Origin: Octopus vulgaris
Lineage: Eukaryota
Length of the DNA: 64,000 nucleotides
Reading direction: 5' to 3'
NCBI GenBank assembly: GCA_951406725.2
Contig: OX597831.1
Span: 51,956,001 to 52,020,000 of the forward strand
This document shows, in pieces, positions 1 to 14,597 of this stretch; position 1 is the first letter of the stretch, and each line of letters starts with the position of its first letter. A model generated the notes under the pieces. The model made no database searches, was not told the DNA's origin, and saw nothing but the letters and a program-made list of their open reading frames with translations. A program made the position numbers and the translations under genes.

Positions 1-503
1 TACTGGAGCTGGTGCCATGTAAAAACCACTGGTGATTATGTCACATAATGCTGGTGCTACATAAAAAACACTGGTGCCATGAAAAAGCAACCAGTACACT
101 CTGTAAAGTGATTGGCATTAGGGAGGGCATCCAGCTGTAAAAACCAGGCCAAAACAGACTATAGAACCTGGTGCGACCCCTGACCTTATTAGTTCTTGTC
201 AAGCCATTCAACCCATGCCAGCATGGAAAACGGATGTTAACTGATGATGATGCAATCAATGCACTGCTTCCATAAAGATATCCTGATAAAAATTCTCCAA
301 TGAAGACAATACAGCCTGGTTTTCCACAAACAGTTCCCAGACAAAATTCCTGCTTGTATCAGTGAAAGTATTACCACTAGACACTCTACAGTTACAACTA
401 TACCTCAACTAGATACAATATTTCTAGGTTTCCTCTTTATCTTTTTACTTGTTTCAGTCATTGCATTGAGGCCTATACCAGGGTACCACTGAATGGCCTA
501 ATC

Positions 504-801
504 CATAGGTTCTCAAAGTGGGTACTGTGAGGGTCCAGGTGGGTGCTGGTGTCTGAGGGGGTGGTAGAGGAAAAGGAGGCATTGGGAGAAAGGCAGTGGA
601 TTGGGGGATGCTTATGAATTTATAATGTTATAGCATTGTATACAAATTATATAATAATATTAAATATCAAATGATTCATAGTATATATAAATTAGTAAAA
701 TATAAATTTTTTATTTATACATAAAAACAGGCGTGGGGGTGCTGAGAGTATTATGTGGTCATGGGTGGGGGGCATTGGCCCAAAAAGTTTGAGAACCTCT
801 G
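504..801. mobile_element. hAT-type MITE nested in a SINE
   Basis: TIRs CATAGGTTCTCAAA / TTTGAGAACCTCTG; 8-bp TSD GCCTAATC / GCCTAATT. Confidence 0.8.
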
Positions 802-2165
802 GCCTAATTGAACAAATTTTTTAAAGTCTGGTACTTATTCTATTGATCACTTGCTGAACTATTGATTGTCAAGTGGTGGGGTGAGACAAATACAAACACA
901 CACACACACACATGATGGGCTTTCAGTTAACCAAATTCACTCACAAGGCATTGGTTGGTCTGGGACTATAGTAGAAGACACTTACCCAAGGTACCACACT
1001 ATGGGAATGGACCTGAGACCATGTGGTTGCAAAGCAAGCTCCTTAACCACAGTCATCATCATTTAATGTCCGTTTCCCATGCTGACATGAGTTGGACCAG
1101 AAGGCTACACCAGACTTCACTCTCTACTTTGGCATAGTTTTATGGTTAGATGCCCTTCCAAACACCAACCACTTTAGAGTGTGGATGGGATGCTTTTTAT
1201 GTGGCACCAGACACCAGCAGGGTCACAAAATAACTCACAAAACAAAGATATTTGGGGGGGGGGGGGGTGAAGGAGGTAGCCTTGTGCCCAGCTGATGAGA
1301 GGTTAGAGTGTGACAAGAGGACAGAAACATATCTTGTAGAGGAGATACATGTTTACCCCAGTCAGAGAGAGAGAGGGACCAGATGCTTTACTCTAATTCC
1401 CTCACATTGATTACTCACATCATCATCATTTAACGTCTGTTTTCCATGCTCGCATCGGTTGGATAGTTTAACTGAAAACTGGTAAGCTGGGGAACTGCAC
1501 CAAGTTCCACTCTGATTTGGTATGGTTTCTATGGCTGGATGCCCTTCCTAACACCAATCACTCCAAGAGTGTAGTGGGTGCTTTTTACATGCCACCGGTA
1601 CAGATGCCAGTTATGTAACATCAGCATTGGCCACAATTACAATCCCACTTGGCTTGACAAATTTTCTCAAGCATGGTATGTCACAAAAGGTCTCAGCCAC
1701 TCGTCACTACCTCTGTGAGGCCCTGTGACAGGTGACTGAGATCTTTCGCAATATATTGTGCTGCTACACATAAACAACAGAAACCATGTCCAAAAAAAGG
1801 CCATCCAATTGATTGGTAAAGACTTGCTCATTAACACACTATAACTGACTTGCAGATCCACTGTTTTCCCTCCACTATTGCAATGGATTATCCTTCCTCT
1901 GTACAAACAAACAACAGTACCTCTGGCCTACCAACCAAATGTACCCCTTCTCTTCTTGATTCACTTCCCTTCTAAATCTACACTATATATGTATTCCTTA
2001 TCAAACTAAAAGGATCTACAAAGAACACATATACTACCCTCCTTCTCCTCTAAATAGGTCCAGAAAAAAAAATCTCCCAAACAGAATGTTACATTGGTTA
2101 ACCCTCACTCACCAGTGTTTACATGAAATAGCTGTGCTAATAAGAGACTGATTAATAATTCTTAC

Positions 2166-2276
2166 CCTGTTTTAGTTTTGACAGCATGGACTTCTCTGCA
2201 TCAACTGAAGCACTCTTTCCAACAATAAGTCTCTTAGCAAGGTCTTTCTTATAAAAAGCTTCAAACATATCTTTTC
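2166..2276 (-). CDS. CUL4: CUL4 exon 14 (111 nt) [36 protein letters not shown]
   Basis: ttttag|GA ... G|GTAAG; cullin homology domain motif. Confidence 0.97.
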
Positions 2277-4338
2277 CTAAAACAAAATAAAATAAACGAG
2301 TGAATATACTGATTACAGCAGCCTGAATGACTTATTATGAAGAGACAAAACCCAGGAAACTAGAAGTGGTCTTGACACCAAAAAGCATTTAGTAAAGTTG
2401 ATGTTGAATAACTTTATGCTGTGGAGAGAAGAGAGTATTAACATTTTAAGCAAGACCATCACAGGGAGAAAATTAGCTCAAAACTTCAGAGTTCTTAATT
2501 TGCCACAGCATACAAACTTACAGATATTTGCCAACTTTACAAAAAAAAAAAACGAACTAACTTAACAATGAGCAAGGATCAGGAAAGTCTAAATATTAGT
2601 TTCAGTCACTTACCATGGATAAATCGAAACAGAACCATTATCTTATCTAAAAGCCGTTCTAATTCTTCTTCTGTTGCTTCCTGTAAATAATAAAGCAGTT
2701 TAAATTAAACAAGTTATTTCAATAAACAACAGAATTACAAAAGCACAAACATGAAGTATGTACCTTTCTTAAATGGGTATTACTGACATAAGAGGATAAA
2801 AGCAAAATTCGAAAGTGAATTGCAAAGTCGGTTTATCAGAAGCTTTTTCTATAATATAGAACAAAACATTTGTTGCTTCTGTTCAGTAGTTTCAGATCAA
2901 CCCTGAATAGACAGATATTTTGATCAAAGGCATGACCATCCTGTCCTTATTTTGTAGTGTTAATATATCTAAGAATACATTATCTTACATGTAATTCTTA
3001 CAATTTGAAGATGTGGAAGTTATATCTAGGAAGTCAAGCAACCAGAGAGGGCCCCTTGTTAGTTTGTAATTGAATCAATTTTGATTGGTCCAATACTACA
3101 GCCATATATTTGTCTAATTAATTCGCTGATAACCCCCTACCCCACCCCGTTTATTGAATGATAAAATACTTCTATTAATTGAAGAAAAAGGATGTAGGTA
3201 AGTGATTTATGAGAACTGTTTGGGTTGTTTGAGAAAATGGCTAACAACAGGGTTAAATATAAAAATCACCATTTTCATTAGTTTATTTTAATTCCTTTAG
3301 AACCTAGAACAAATGAATTTCAGAACTGGATACTACCATAATAGAAAGATCTGAAAATCTTATAGGTGAATTTTGGAACCAAGAATTTTTCAATAAAATA
3401 ACAATTAATTGTAACAACAAATTTCCATTGGAAAGCAAAATTTATATTTAGATAAACAGCAAGTGATTTTCTTACAAGAACTACAAAAATAACCTCAAAA
3501 TCATTAAATTTTAAAGCAAAAAGCAGCAACTAATGCTTGTTCTATACTAACAATTTACAAATTAATCAAGCGACGGGTATTTTGATGAAATAGTAAACAA
3601 CAGAACTTACTTTATTTCCCGCCCGGAGCTTATAATCCACATACTTGGCTGGAATATAAGAGTTAGAGATGAGAACCAAGGCGAAAGAGAAAACAAAGGT
3701 TTCTTGTCAAAATATGTCAAATAATGCTTCTTGTTAAATAGTTTTATTCAAAGATAAAACTGAACTAACATAATGCTCTTTAGAACATTAGCTTAAAAGT
3801 TCAAATCACACCAAACTGCTAATTTACGACTATATATTTTCCCATAAAAATCTTTGGTAAGCTCTGCTGAAATAAGACTGACATTTAACTACATCCAACA
3901 CAATAGATATGGGCTTAGATAATGTTAAATCTCATTAATTAATCAGCTCTGTTTCACACAACTGATTAATTGGGGTTGATAACAATTCAACCATGCCATG
4001 TGTGTATATGTATGTGTGTGTATATATATATATATATCACGTGATCACGTGACCAACCAGACCATCAGATGTTGTTACACATCGCTGGTCACAATGCGTT
4101 CGCATTGTTTCAGCCTTCGAATGACGCCACCCCGTTGGCTAAGCGAGCAGGCCAACAGAAGAAAGAGTGGGAGAAAGAGTGGTGAAAGAGTACAGCAGTG
4201 ATCACCACCGCCTGCCGGAGCCTCATGGAGCTTTTAGGTGTTTTCGCTCAATAAACACACACAATGCCCGGTCTGGGAATCGAAACCGCGATCCTGCGAC
4301 CGCGAGTCCGCTGCCCTAACCACTAGGTCATTGCGCCT

Positions 4339-4384
<46 letters not shown>

Positions 4385-7300
4385 CCATGTTGGTTCGTTA
4401 GTTACTGCACGCATGTTTTTTCTCTCCTTCTTTCTGTGTTTTTTTCTCTCTGTGTATCTTTCTGTTGAAGAGCGTAGGCTCGAAACGTTAAAGACTTGTT
4501 TTATTTATATTTCCTGAGCGCCATACTAATACAATTGTTTGTTTGTTTTCCACCTGCCTTCGTCTTTTGTCTATTTTCATAAAGCTTCCCGTATATATAT
4601 ATATATATATATATAATGAATTTAATTGAACATAACTGACAATCAAATACATAAATCTGCAAGACAGCAGGGAAAATTAGAAGCATAACACTTAAACAGA
4701 TATTATAAGAGACTTTCATACCAATTAATTCTGCAGGTTTGTTTTGTCGTTGGTTGATAAAATGCTCAAAACTCTCCTTCATGGTATTCACAAATCTGTC
4801 ATTCTTTTGGAAGCAAACAGCATTTATGTTGTCGATCTTGTCTTTGAAATCTGGTTTCAAAATGCAAATACAAGGTATTGGCTAAACTATTTTAGATAAC
4901 AATGAAAATAAAATGAGAAATTTATTACAGTAATTGAACCCCAATGGCATAAACTTTAAAGTACTGTGAGAATATTTGATTTGATAAAGTGAAAATCTTA
5001 AGTTAAATCTTAACTTTAATTTTAACTCTTTTGTTAATAACGAAATATAAAATGGCTAGGTACAATTCTTCACTAGCACCAGCACTCTTTAAAATGACTC
5101 ATTAATACATTAAAATCTTTGTAGGTAGGAACTGGCCAATACAGAGACAAGATTAAAACACTGACAACAGAGTTTACATCAGTCATATGTAGCTATAACC
5201 TTTAAACAGTGACAGGATTAACTAACTGACAATTAGCAAATGAGGGAACTTTTACATAGTCACTCAATATACTAGATATAGTAGCCAAATCTCCCTCAAA
5301 TCACACAACCATTTCAAAAAATGGAAGGACACAGACACTATAAACTTAAACTATCTTGGGGGTAAAATAGGGATGGTACAGCCGGGATGTCTTCAATTAT
5401 ATGTTTTCTTAATTAGAACTCAACAACTAAATGACAACTGACTTTAGAGAGTAAATAGTGCACAAGGATTAACTCATAGTGTTAATGAAATTTTAACTTT
5501 TTAATTAATTAGCAAAAAAGTCACCAGGAAAGCTACGTTTTTGTCAGTTTAATTACATAAGGTCAGCACTGGGACACCTACCAAGCTTCCTACCTTTTCA
5601 CATCACTTCAAAATAACGGTTTCAAATTTAGGCACAAGACCAGTTAGTTGATTATATCAACCCCAGTGCTCAACTGGTAATTATTTCATTGAATTTGAAA
5701 GGATGAAACGCAAACTCAACCCCAGCAGAATTTGAACTCAGAAGGTAAAGAACCAGTGGAAACAGCACTAAGGATTTTACCCAATGCATTAATGATCCTG
5801 CCAGTTCACTGCCTTTAGCTTAAAATAATAGATTTCTAACAGAGGTTGTAAGGCCAGGGGAGCAGTAGTTAAATTGATCCCAAAAGGATAAATAGCAAAA
5901 TCAAACCTAGTGGGATTTGAACTCAGAATGTAAAGGAATATAACCAAATATTGTAAAGCCTTTCATTCAACATTTTACCAATTCTGCTATAATATTATTA
6001 AATATGGAATTTCCACATTTTATAAATTTTTCATATTTCCTGCAAAAATTTATTGATCTTCAATACAGTTTCATTTAAAGGTTATGAGTAGGTCTCTGAT
6101 TTTGTTCAATAGTTAAAGCATACATAACACAAACACGACACACCTTGTGACAAGCACAACAATATTACAAATAACAGTAATAGGTATCTAGCATGGAGAT
6201 GTAACAAAAAACCGTAACAGCCAGACACAAACTATCAAGTTACCAACTCTATACATTTAACAAGCTTCTAGGTGTTCACTTGTCCCACTAAAAATAGCAC
6301 AAGTTACACATTAAGACATATAGCCCTAGATACATTATGTCTAAAAAAAAAATACAGGATGGTTGTGACACATTTATCACACATCTAATGGATCAAAGCT
6401 GATCTAGGGCCAAAAAACAACCACTACCACTCCAAACATACCTTGCAATTATAACACTTACCAAGTAAAGTTTGCACTAGCTCCTTATCCTTTTCAGGGT
6501 CATTTTCTGTATTCATCACAATCAATCTGCCAGTTCCCTATAACAAATAAAAATAGCGAAGATACATTCATATTAATCTTTCTCCATATCTATAGACATT
6601 ATATCAAATTACACTGAAAGGTTTACTGCTTAGTGCAGTACAATCTTTCTGTACACAAGAAACATTCAAATAAAGTGAAGGCTCGTATTTCAATAGAAAG
6701 GAAGATAAAGGTTTCTAACAGTGGTTCCTACAAAGATGGGTGGGGAGGGGTCTTTTTTTTACAATAGAATCAAAAGAAACATACAAAATCCATAGACATT
6801 CTTTCTCTATTACCATTATTCAATACCATAACGTTAGGTGTGGAGTTAGTGAAAAGAAGAAAGGAGTAATGAACTATGCAATATGCCATATATAATCTCA
6901 ATCAGTGTCATACTTAGTTTAAATTCCGCCAGGGTTGGTAACCTCATACTCCATTGAATCAGTTGAATGTGGTCACCACTACCCAACCTGTGATGACCAG
7001 TTTTAAAAAAAGTAAGTTGCTGCTGTTGTTTAGTCCAATTTAGCTCCAACTGAGCAGACCTATCATGAGAGGCATTATAGCAGATAGCACTGATCTTTCT
7101 TTTTCAGATGTAATTTGTCAAAAGCTTACATTATCCCAATGTGTTCTTCTTTTCTTAAGATAATGAGGTGTATTTCTAGCAGATCAATCAACTACATAGA
7201 AGCTTCCACTGCTCATGAAATGTGCCTGCAGAGTGACTTCAACTCCTGCCCATCAAATACCTCTATAGCTCTATGTAAAAGCTCAATGCTTGGTACAAAA

Positions 7301-10300
7301 AGAACGGACAAAAGAATTCTAGCTGAAAGCTACATTGATGTGAAATATATTAGTTATGTAGATATTAGAAACGGAAAGACACAAAGAGTGAATGAGAGAG
7401 GGAAGAAAAAGGAGACTGAGAAAGAGAGAGAGAAAAAAGTAAGACAAATAAGCAGACAGAGAGGAAGAAGAATACACAAGGGAGGCATACCAACCAGAGA
7501 GGAAGAATGACATGCAGGGAGAAGGAAAATAAATGCAGAGAGAGAGAGAAAATGACATGCAGAAATAGATAAACACAGAAAAAATAGACAGAAAGACTGA
7601 CAGATTCCAAACAAAGAGAAACAAACAGACCGAACAGAGAAAGATAAACAAATAGAACAAGAGATAGAATGACAGAGAGAGGGACACGCTATTGGAGTGA
7701 GAGACAAAGGAAGGAAGGAAAAGAGAGAGAGAGAGAGACTAATAGATAAAATGATACAGACTAACAAATAGAAAGATTGACAGAAAGAACAGATAGATCA
7801 ATGGACAGAGAGATTATTTGTAAACATCTTAAAAACATTAATTAATATCTTAAATCTTTCCAAGCTTTCAATTAATAGGCTTCATAATAACTTCACTATG
7901 ATATGTTGAAGTCAATTTTGTTATTGAATAGCTCCAGTCAACAAGGCATCGGAGTCAAACTTTGCTTTGAATTACATAATACATTTGCACAAGATGCTAT
8001 GTGATAGGAGTACAAATGCATTCCATTCTGATATGTTTAATTGTGTAGGTTATGTTTAATTATGTGGATATCAAGATATGGGGTGTGCAGTATATTAGGA
8101 ACTGAAGACAACTGTTACACAGAACTGCTCAGTCTGCAATGGAGAGAAGCAGACCATTGTCACATATGTCATTACAAACAGGAAATATTGTATTCTTAAC
8201 TTCAACAAGTCATAGAGTGAACCCACAAGAGGTTGGTCTCACTGGTTATCATGGCTGAACACAAAGGAGCAATAGATTAAGTATCAAGAAGAGGGCTCTC
8301 CTCAACAATGAGGAAGTAAATATATTACATATAAATGGACATACACACCCATAGAGACAAAATTCTCACCTTAATGTAAATAGCAAAGGCATAACACAGT
8401 TCTTTTAATCCTTCCTTGACACGAGAAAATAGCTGATACATTAAAGTTAAATCCGAAATCCGGTTTTCATTCAACAGATGTTCAAGACCTGATTAAATGG
8501 AAGAAAATAAAACCCAATCAAAGCATAATCCTTAGTGATACAACTAACATGTTTGCTTTAACTGCTGAATATCTGTTGTTTTCCTCTTAATAGCAACAAA
8601 ATCAAATGAAAGGAAACATACAGAAAGGAAACATTAGGTACAACTACAAATAAATGATGCACAAACATTAAGATTTATAACAAACATGACAGACCTACAG
8701 AATATTAAACAAAGACAATGCACCACACTAAGAGGGAAATCGGAGCTTACATAGAAGATTAAAGACAGATGATCCTGAATAACAACAGACTTCATCATCT
8801 CTCAGGATGCTAAAGATTTAACTAAATGATTCTATTTCACATTTACAATTGAAAATAAATGTCAATGAGATGAATTTACTTTAAAATTATACACGATAGG
8901 CAGGAAGAATTCTCCTTCAACTGATGCTGTAACAGCTACTTTGGGAGATGTTTCACAAGTAGAATGGTAAATACTGGCTGCTTTGAAGAAATGGGAAAAA
9001 TGAATAAAATGTCTGAAACACTTTTGTCTAAAATAATATTGTGATTTTGTTTAATCTCGTTAATAAAAAGGAACTATTTTACTTGTCCCGGGTCTTTTTT
9101 AAAATCTCTTTTCCTATTTTATTCTTCAAAAATAGTAAGGGGAAGGAGATTTTAAATGCTTACCTTTTTGTAACATCAAAGATAGGTGTTGTTCAAGAAG
9201 TTGCTTCTCAACACAAGATATCAGTGGCTTTCTGCAGCAGAAAATACAATGTAACATGAACTGAAGAAACAATAACCAAAATATGTTAATACATATGTTT
9301 TACTACAAAACATAACATTTTTTAAAAAAGCATGAATTAAAGATGGATGGATTTGTTATTTGTTGTTGCCCCAACAAAACCATACTTGGGAATACTTGAT
9401 GGCTTAATGAAATTTGGCACTGTCAGATTTACTGAAACTTTATGGCTTGGTGATCTTTCTCCTCACAAAATATCACTTCTAAGATTATAACTTTTTGGAC
9501 AATTAACTCTGTCTGTAGAGTGTACTTCCAACATTTATGTAACTATTTCCATCAGTGTGTTTTTCCAATATTCATGGACTACTTCCTGAAATGTATATTT
9601 TTAATATTTATGGAACAAATCCTGAATTTAGTTTGGGACTCAGTACATTATCATCATTATTATTTAACACATCCTTTCCAATGTTTGCATGGAACAGACA
9701 GGATTTGTTGAGGCAGATTTTCTACAGCCCTTGCTGTTACCAACTCGTACTTGTTTCCAGGTAAGGTAATGTTTATCCATAGCCAGACATGTTATTCAAG
9801 GAAGACTAGAAACAAACAACCTCACTTGTATGACAGTGATGCTCATTTACAACATCACATGATGTGTAGATAAGGGTACATACAAATACATATGATGAGA
9901 TTCTTTCAGTCTCCATCTACCAAATCCACTTACAAAGCTTTGGCCAGCCTGAAGCTATAGCAGAAGGCACTTGCACAAGGAGCTACAAAGTGGGATTGAA
10001 TCCAAGACCAAATGTCTGGGAAGCAATCTTTTTAATCACCCAGCCATGCTTGCTCTTATTTTACACATGAATGATTAAGACACCTGATGACAATTGAAGA
10101 GCAGATAAAAAAATATTGTATGTGGGTATACATATATATATATTATACATGCACAGTAAAGCAGTTAATAGTCTAGAAATTAGCAAACTCATACATTTAA
10201 TCATTTCTTTTGTTATATGGTGTCTGATGGTGAGCTAATCAGTTAACTAATCCTAACACTGATCTAATTTATGTCATGGCTGAATCAACAAAACACTTGG

Positions 10301-13300
10301 TATCTAACCACATATTGCATAACAATTTCTGCTGAACCACAGACGGCATGAATAAGATTGAACTAACCAAACAGTACTTGCTGTCCAACCAGAGACCAAG
10401 ATGATTTCTGCTGACTCATGATATGGCTATGTTTAGATAGTCATGGCCAAACCAACCAAATAACACTTGGTATCCAGGCACAAATTAAAAGACATGAACT
10501 GCCATCAATTCACCATGAATAAAATTTAACCGAGAAAATATATCCATAGTATCTCATCATTAATACTTAAAAACTATTTTATTGGAAAAAAAAAACAGTG
10601 AACTTTCCTCGCAGTGAATTGATAATAGCAAACTTACCAGACATGAATAAGCAGAAATTACTAACAGTACAATTCAAATACAATAACCAATGAATGTTAA
10701 CAAAATCAAAGTGGAAAGAGTACATACTTGGTGGACTGGTCTAGGTAATGCAGCAGACGCTCAGATTCCTCATTCAAACGTTTATCTACATGAGCCAAGT
10801 ATTCAGGGACCTAGAGTAAAAAAATAGGAGACAGAGAAATTAAGATTTGTTATTAATATCACCCTGGCCATTTTGGCTGTGTGTTGAAGCAGTTGAATGG
10901 AAAACAGTAAGTAATGTTCAATACACAAACTCTTCATACAGTCTGTCACTTACATATTGACTTTTAGCTTATCAAGAATTTTAGCCTACTACTTTGTCTA
11001 AAGGTGGAGGCGCAGTGGCCCAGTGGTTAGGGCAGCGGACTCGCATTCGGAGGATCGGGGTTTTGATTCCCAGACTGGGCATTGTGTTTATTGAATGAAA
11101 ACACCCAAAGCTCCACGAGGCTCTGGCAGGGGGTGGTGGCGATCCATGTTGTACTTTTTTGCCCCAACTTTCTTTCACTTTTTCTTCCTGTTTCTTGAGT
11201 AACGCTATGATGGACTGGCATCCCATCCAGCTGGGGGGAACACATATGCCACAGAAACTGGGAAACCGAGCCCATGAACCTGGCTGGGCTTGAAAAGGGC
11301 GCATAAATAAAAATACTTTGTCTAAAGTAAGATCCTCACTCAATCTGGTTGATATAGGCACCTATTTCAATGGAACAATGTTAGGATCAACAATTGTAGC
11401 GTAATAGTAAGTCAGGTCTGAGTTGTATAATGAGAAAGTTAATATATAATGTGATTAATAAATAAAATAGAAGTTAATATAATAATTTCGTTTTTTTAGA
11501 TAGTGAACTGGCAGAATCATTAGCATGCCAGGCAAAATGTTTAGTGATATTTTGTCTGTCTTTCTGTCCTGAGTTCAAATTCTGCCAAGGTTGACTTTGA
11601 CTTTCTTCCTTTTGGGGTTGATGAAGTAAGTACCAGTTACCCCCTCCCCAAAAATTGCTGGCTTTCTCCTCTCCCAAAATTTCAGGCCTATTACCTATAA
11701 TAGAAAGAATTATTATTAAGGCAGCGAGCTGGCAGAGTCATTACCATGCTGGGTGAAATGCTTAGTGGCATTTCATTCATCTTTATGTTCTGAGTTCAAA
11801 TTTCACTAAGGTCATCTTTGCCATTTCATCCTTTCGGGCTCGAGAAAATAAATACCAGTTGAGCACTGGGAGTGATGTAATTGTCTTACCCCTCCCCACA
11901 AATTCCTGGACTTGTGCCAAAATGTTAAACCATTATTATTATTATTATTATTATCCACTACACTCATGGAGTGGTTGGCGTTAGGAAGGGCATCCAGCTG
12001 TAGAAACACTGCCAAATCTGAATGGGCCTGATGAAGCCTCCCGGCTTCACAGACCCCAGTGAAACCGTCCAACCCATGCTAGCATGGAAAACGGACGCTA
12101 AATGATGATGATGATGATCCTTGGGGTTGCTGTTCAGTAGCTTTGGTAAGCTATTTTGGAGCAAGCATACAACAAAGGGATAAATAAATTGATTGTGAAC
12201 AACAGACTTAGCAAACCAAATATGTCATGATTCTTTATATTGGTCTGGAATTATGTTACATATACTAGTGAAATTCAGTATGGTAGTCAGGATATGCTTG
12301 TGGGAGGAGTATAATGTGTGAAGTGGTGAGTAGTGTAATGTAGTATGGCTGTTAAAATGTATAACTTGGAATGGAGTGCAATGTCGTAGTCAGAGAATGT
12401 AGTGTAGAGTGTAATGTAGCAGATAGAATGTGTGGACTATCATCATCATTATTATTTAATGTCCGTTTTCCATGCTGGCATGAGTTAGACCGGGACTGGC
12501 CAACTTGAGACCTGCAGGCTGCAGAATTTCATCTTGCGGCTCACTTGATACTTTCTTGAAATGGGTTTATTTAAATGAGCATTTTCAAAATTTTATCAAA
12601 AATTAAAAAAAAAAGATACTACTGTTTCTGCAACAATCATTCATTCATTATTGTAATAATAGCATGAGAAAGCAAAATGCTTTCAATTCTGTCAGCATAC
12701 TAGCAGCCCTCAAAAAACTTTCTGTGATTAAAGTGACCCGCATTGTAATTTGAGTGTTTTGGCATGGTTTTTATGACTGGATGCTCTTCCTAACACCAGT
12801 CACCTTACATAGTAGACTGAATGGCACCAGCACTGGCAAGGTCTGCTGTGGCATGGTTTTTACAGCTAGATGCCCTTCTCAATGCCAACCACTTTATAGA
12901 GTGGCCTGGGTGCTTTTTATGTGGCACCAGGACTGGCAAGGTCTATTTTGGCATGGTTCTTACAGTTGGACGCCCTTTCTTAATGCCAGCCACTTTACAT
13001 GGCACCAGCACCGATGAGGAATAAAAGGGAAGTTAATCAGAACACATGGCATGCGGTAGCTGGCATGTCTGAAATGTAATGAGGTTTAATAGCCAGTTTG
13101 TGTTGAGTGTAGTGTGCTAATCAATATGATGTGGTAAAAGAGTGGAGTGAAGATATTGGGGAACATTGTAGGGGTGATGTGTATTGCAGCAATCAGAGAA
13201 AGCTAGGCAGTCAGGGTATGTTGTAGACGGAATATAAGGGACAGTTTGGTCAATTTTTGTAGAATGAAATAAGGTTGTATAAAATTTATACATCCACTCT

Positions 13301-14520
13301 GGCATTATTATGCTAACCAGCTGAAGTTAACTTTGTCCAACAACTCTTCAAGTTGATTAAATGAAGGACAAAAACCAACTGGGAGTTTGATTTAAGTCAC
13401 ATCAAACCAAAATTTAAGGCCTTATATTTATGTCAGAAAACATTAAGCCAATTAGTTATCTTCATATACACAGAAATGTTGTATTAGAATTTAGAATTTC
13501 AAATATTCTCAAAATTGTAGAAGCACTGAAGAACCACAATTATGTCAATATATTTGGGAGGTCAGTTATATAACAACCTTTTACAACAATACTCAACTAA
13601 AATCAACTAAAACTCAGTGTGACAATGAAAGACAGCAACCCGATTTTTAAGCCCATAACATGATTTTTTACACGGGATCAGTTTTTACTAGAGACAATAA
13701 TTATATATATATATAGTTAATCCAAACATGAAAACACAAAGAGAAAACACAACAACGCGAGGACGTGGAACAAGTATAGTATTATTGGACGCTCAAGAAA
13801 GAAGGAGGGTTTAACGTTTCGAGCGGAGCTCTTCTTCAGAAACATAGGAAAAGGAAAGATCCAAAGAAGGGAAGATGGAGGAAAAAAAATCGTCAACGGT
13901 ATATATATATATATATATATATGTAAAACACTATTTCATAGTGATCACTTTACTTACATCTCTCTCTTGCATGAGAAGATGACCTTCAGCGGCATATAAC
14001 TGATCTGTGGCTTCAAGAAATTTCTTTTCAAATGCTTCTTGATAAATCTGAAATGGAAAAAAGTCCATATATAATATATACATATATACATACACACACA
14101 CACACAAGCAAGCAGTTTTAAAGATTAACATATTTGATTTTCATGAAGGGCATCCAGCTGTAGAAACATTGCCAAATTTAGACTGGAGCCTGGTGCAGCC
14201 TTCTGGCTTCCCAGAACCCCGGTCGAACCGTCCAACCCATGCTAGCATGGAGAACGGACGTTAAACGACGATGATGATGATGATGATATCTCAAACTTGT
14301 AAATTTGAGGAGTGCAAAATTTCAATAGATAATTTTGAGGAATGCCTCTAAATATGAGAGAAATACACAGGGTAAACACAGAAATAGACATAGAGACAAG
14401 TTGACAAGTGTGGATATAGATATAATGGAATAAGACATGACAGAAAGACACAGGCATACAGAGATATAGACAGCCATAAAAGGAGTTATAAGAGATAGGA
14501 AGAGAGAGAGAGATAAGCAG

Positions 14521-14597
<77 letters not shown>

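Noticed and set aside
1-2165. Next CUL4 exon (ECG..FTSKLEGMFKD)
   Set aside because: Not found; the region is SINE, MITE and LINE debris, so the exon probably lies outside the window.
7115-7767. Four overlapping ORFs of 81-137 aa that look like membrane or basic proteins
   Set aside because: They arise from an AG-rich low-complexity tract.
11004-11080. Possible tRNA-Arg gene (also 4270-4341)
   Set aside because: Continues into a SINE body with a tail and TSD; it is a SINE head.
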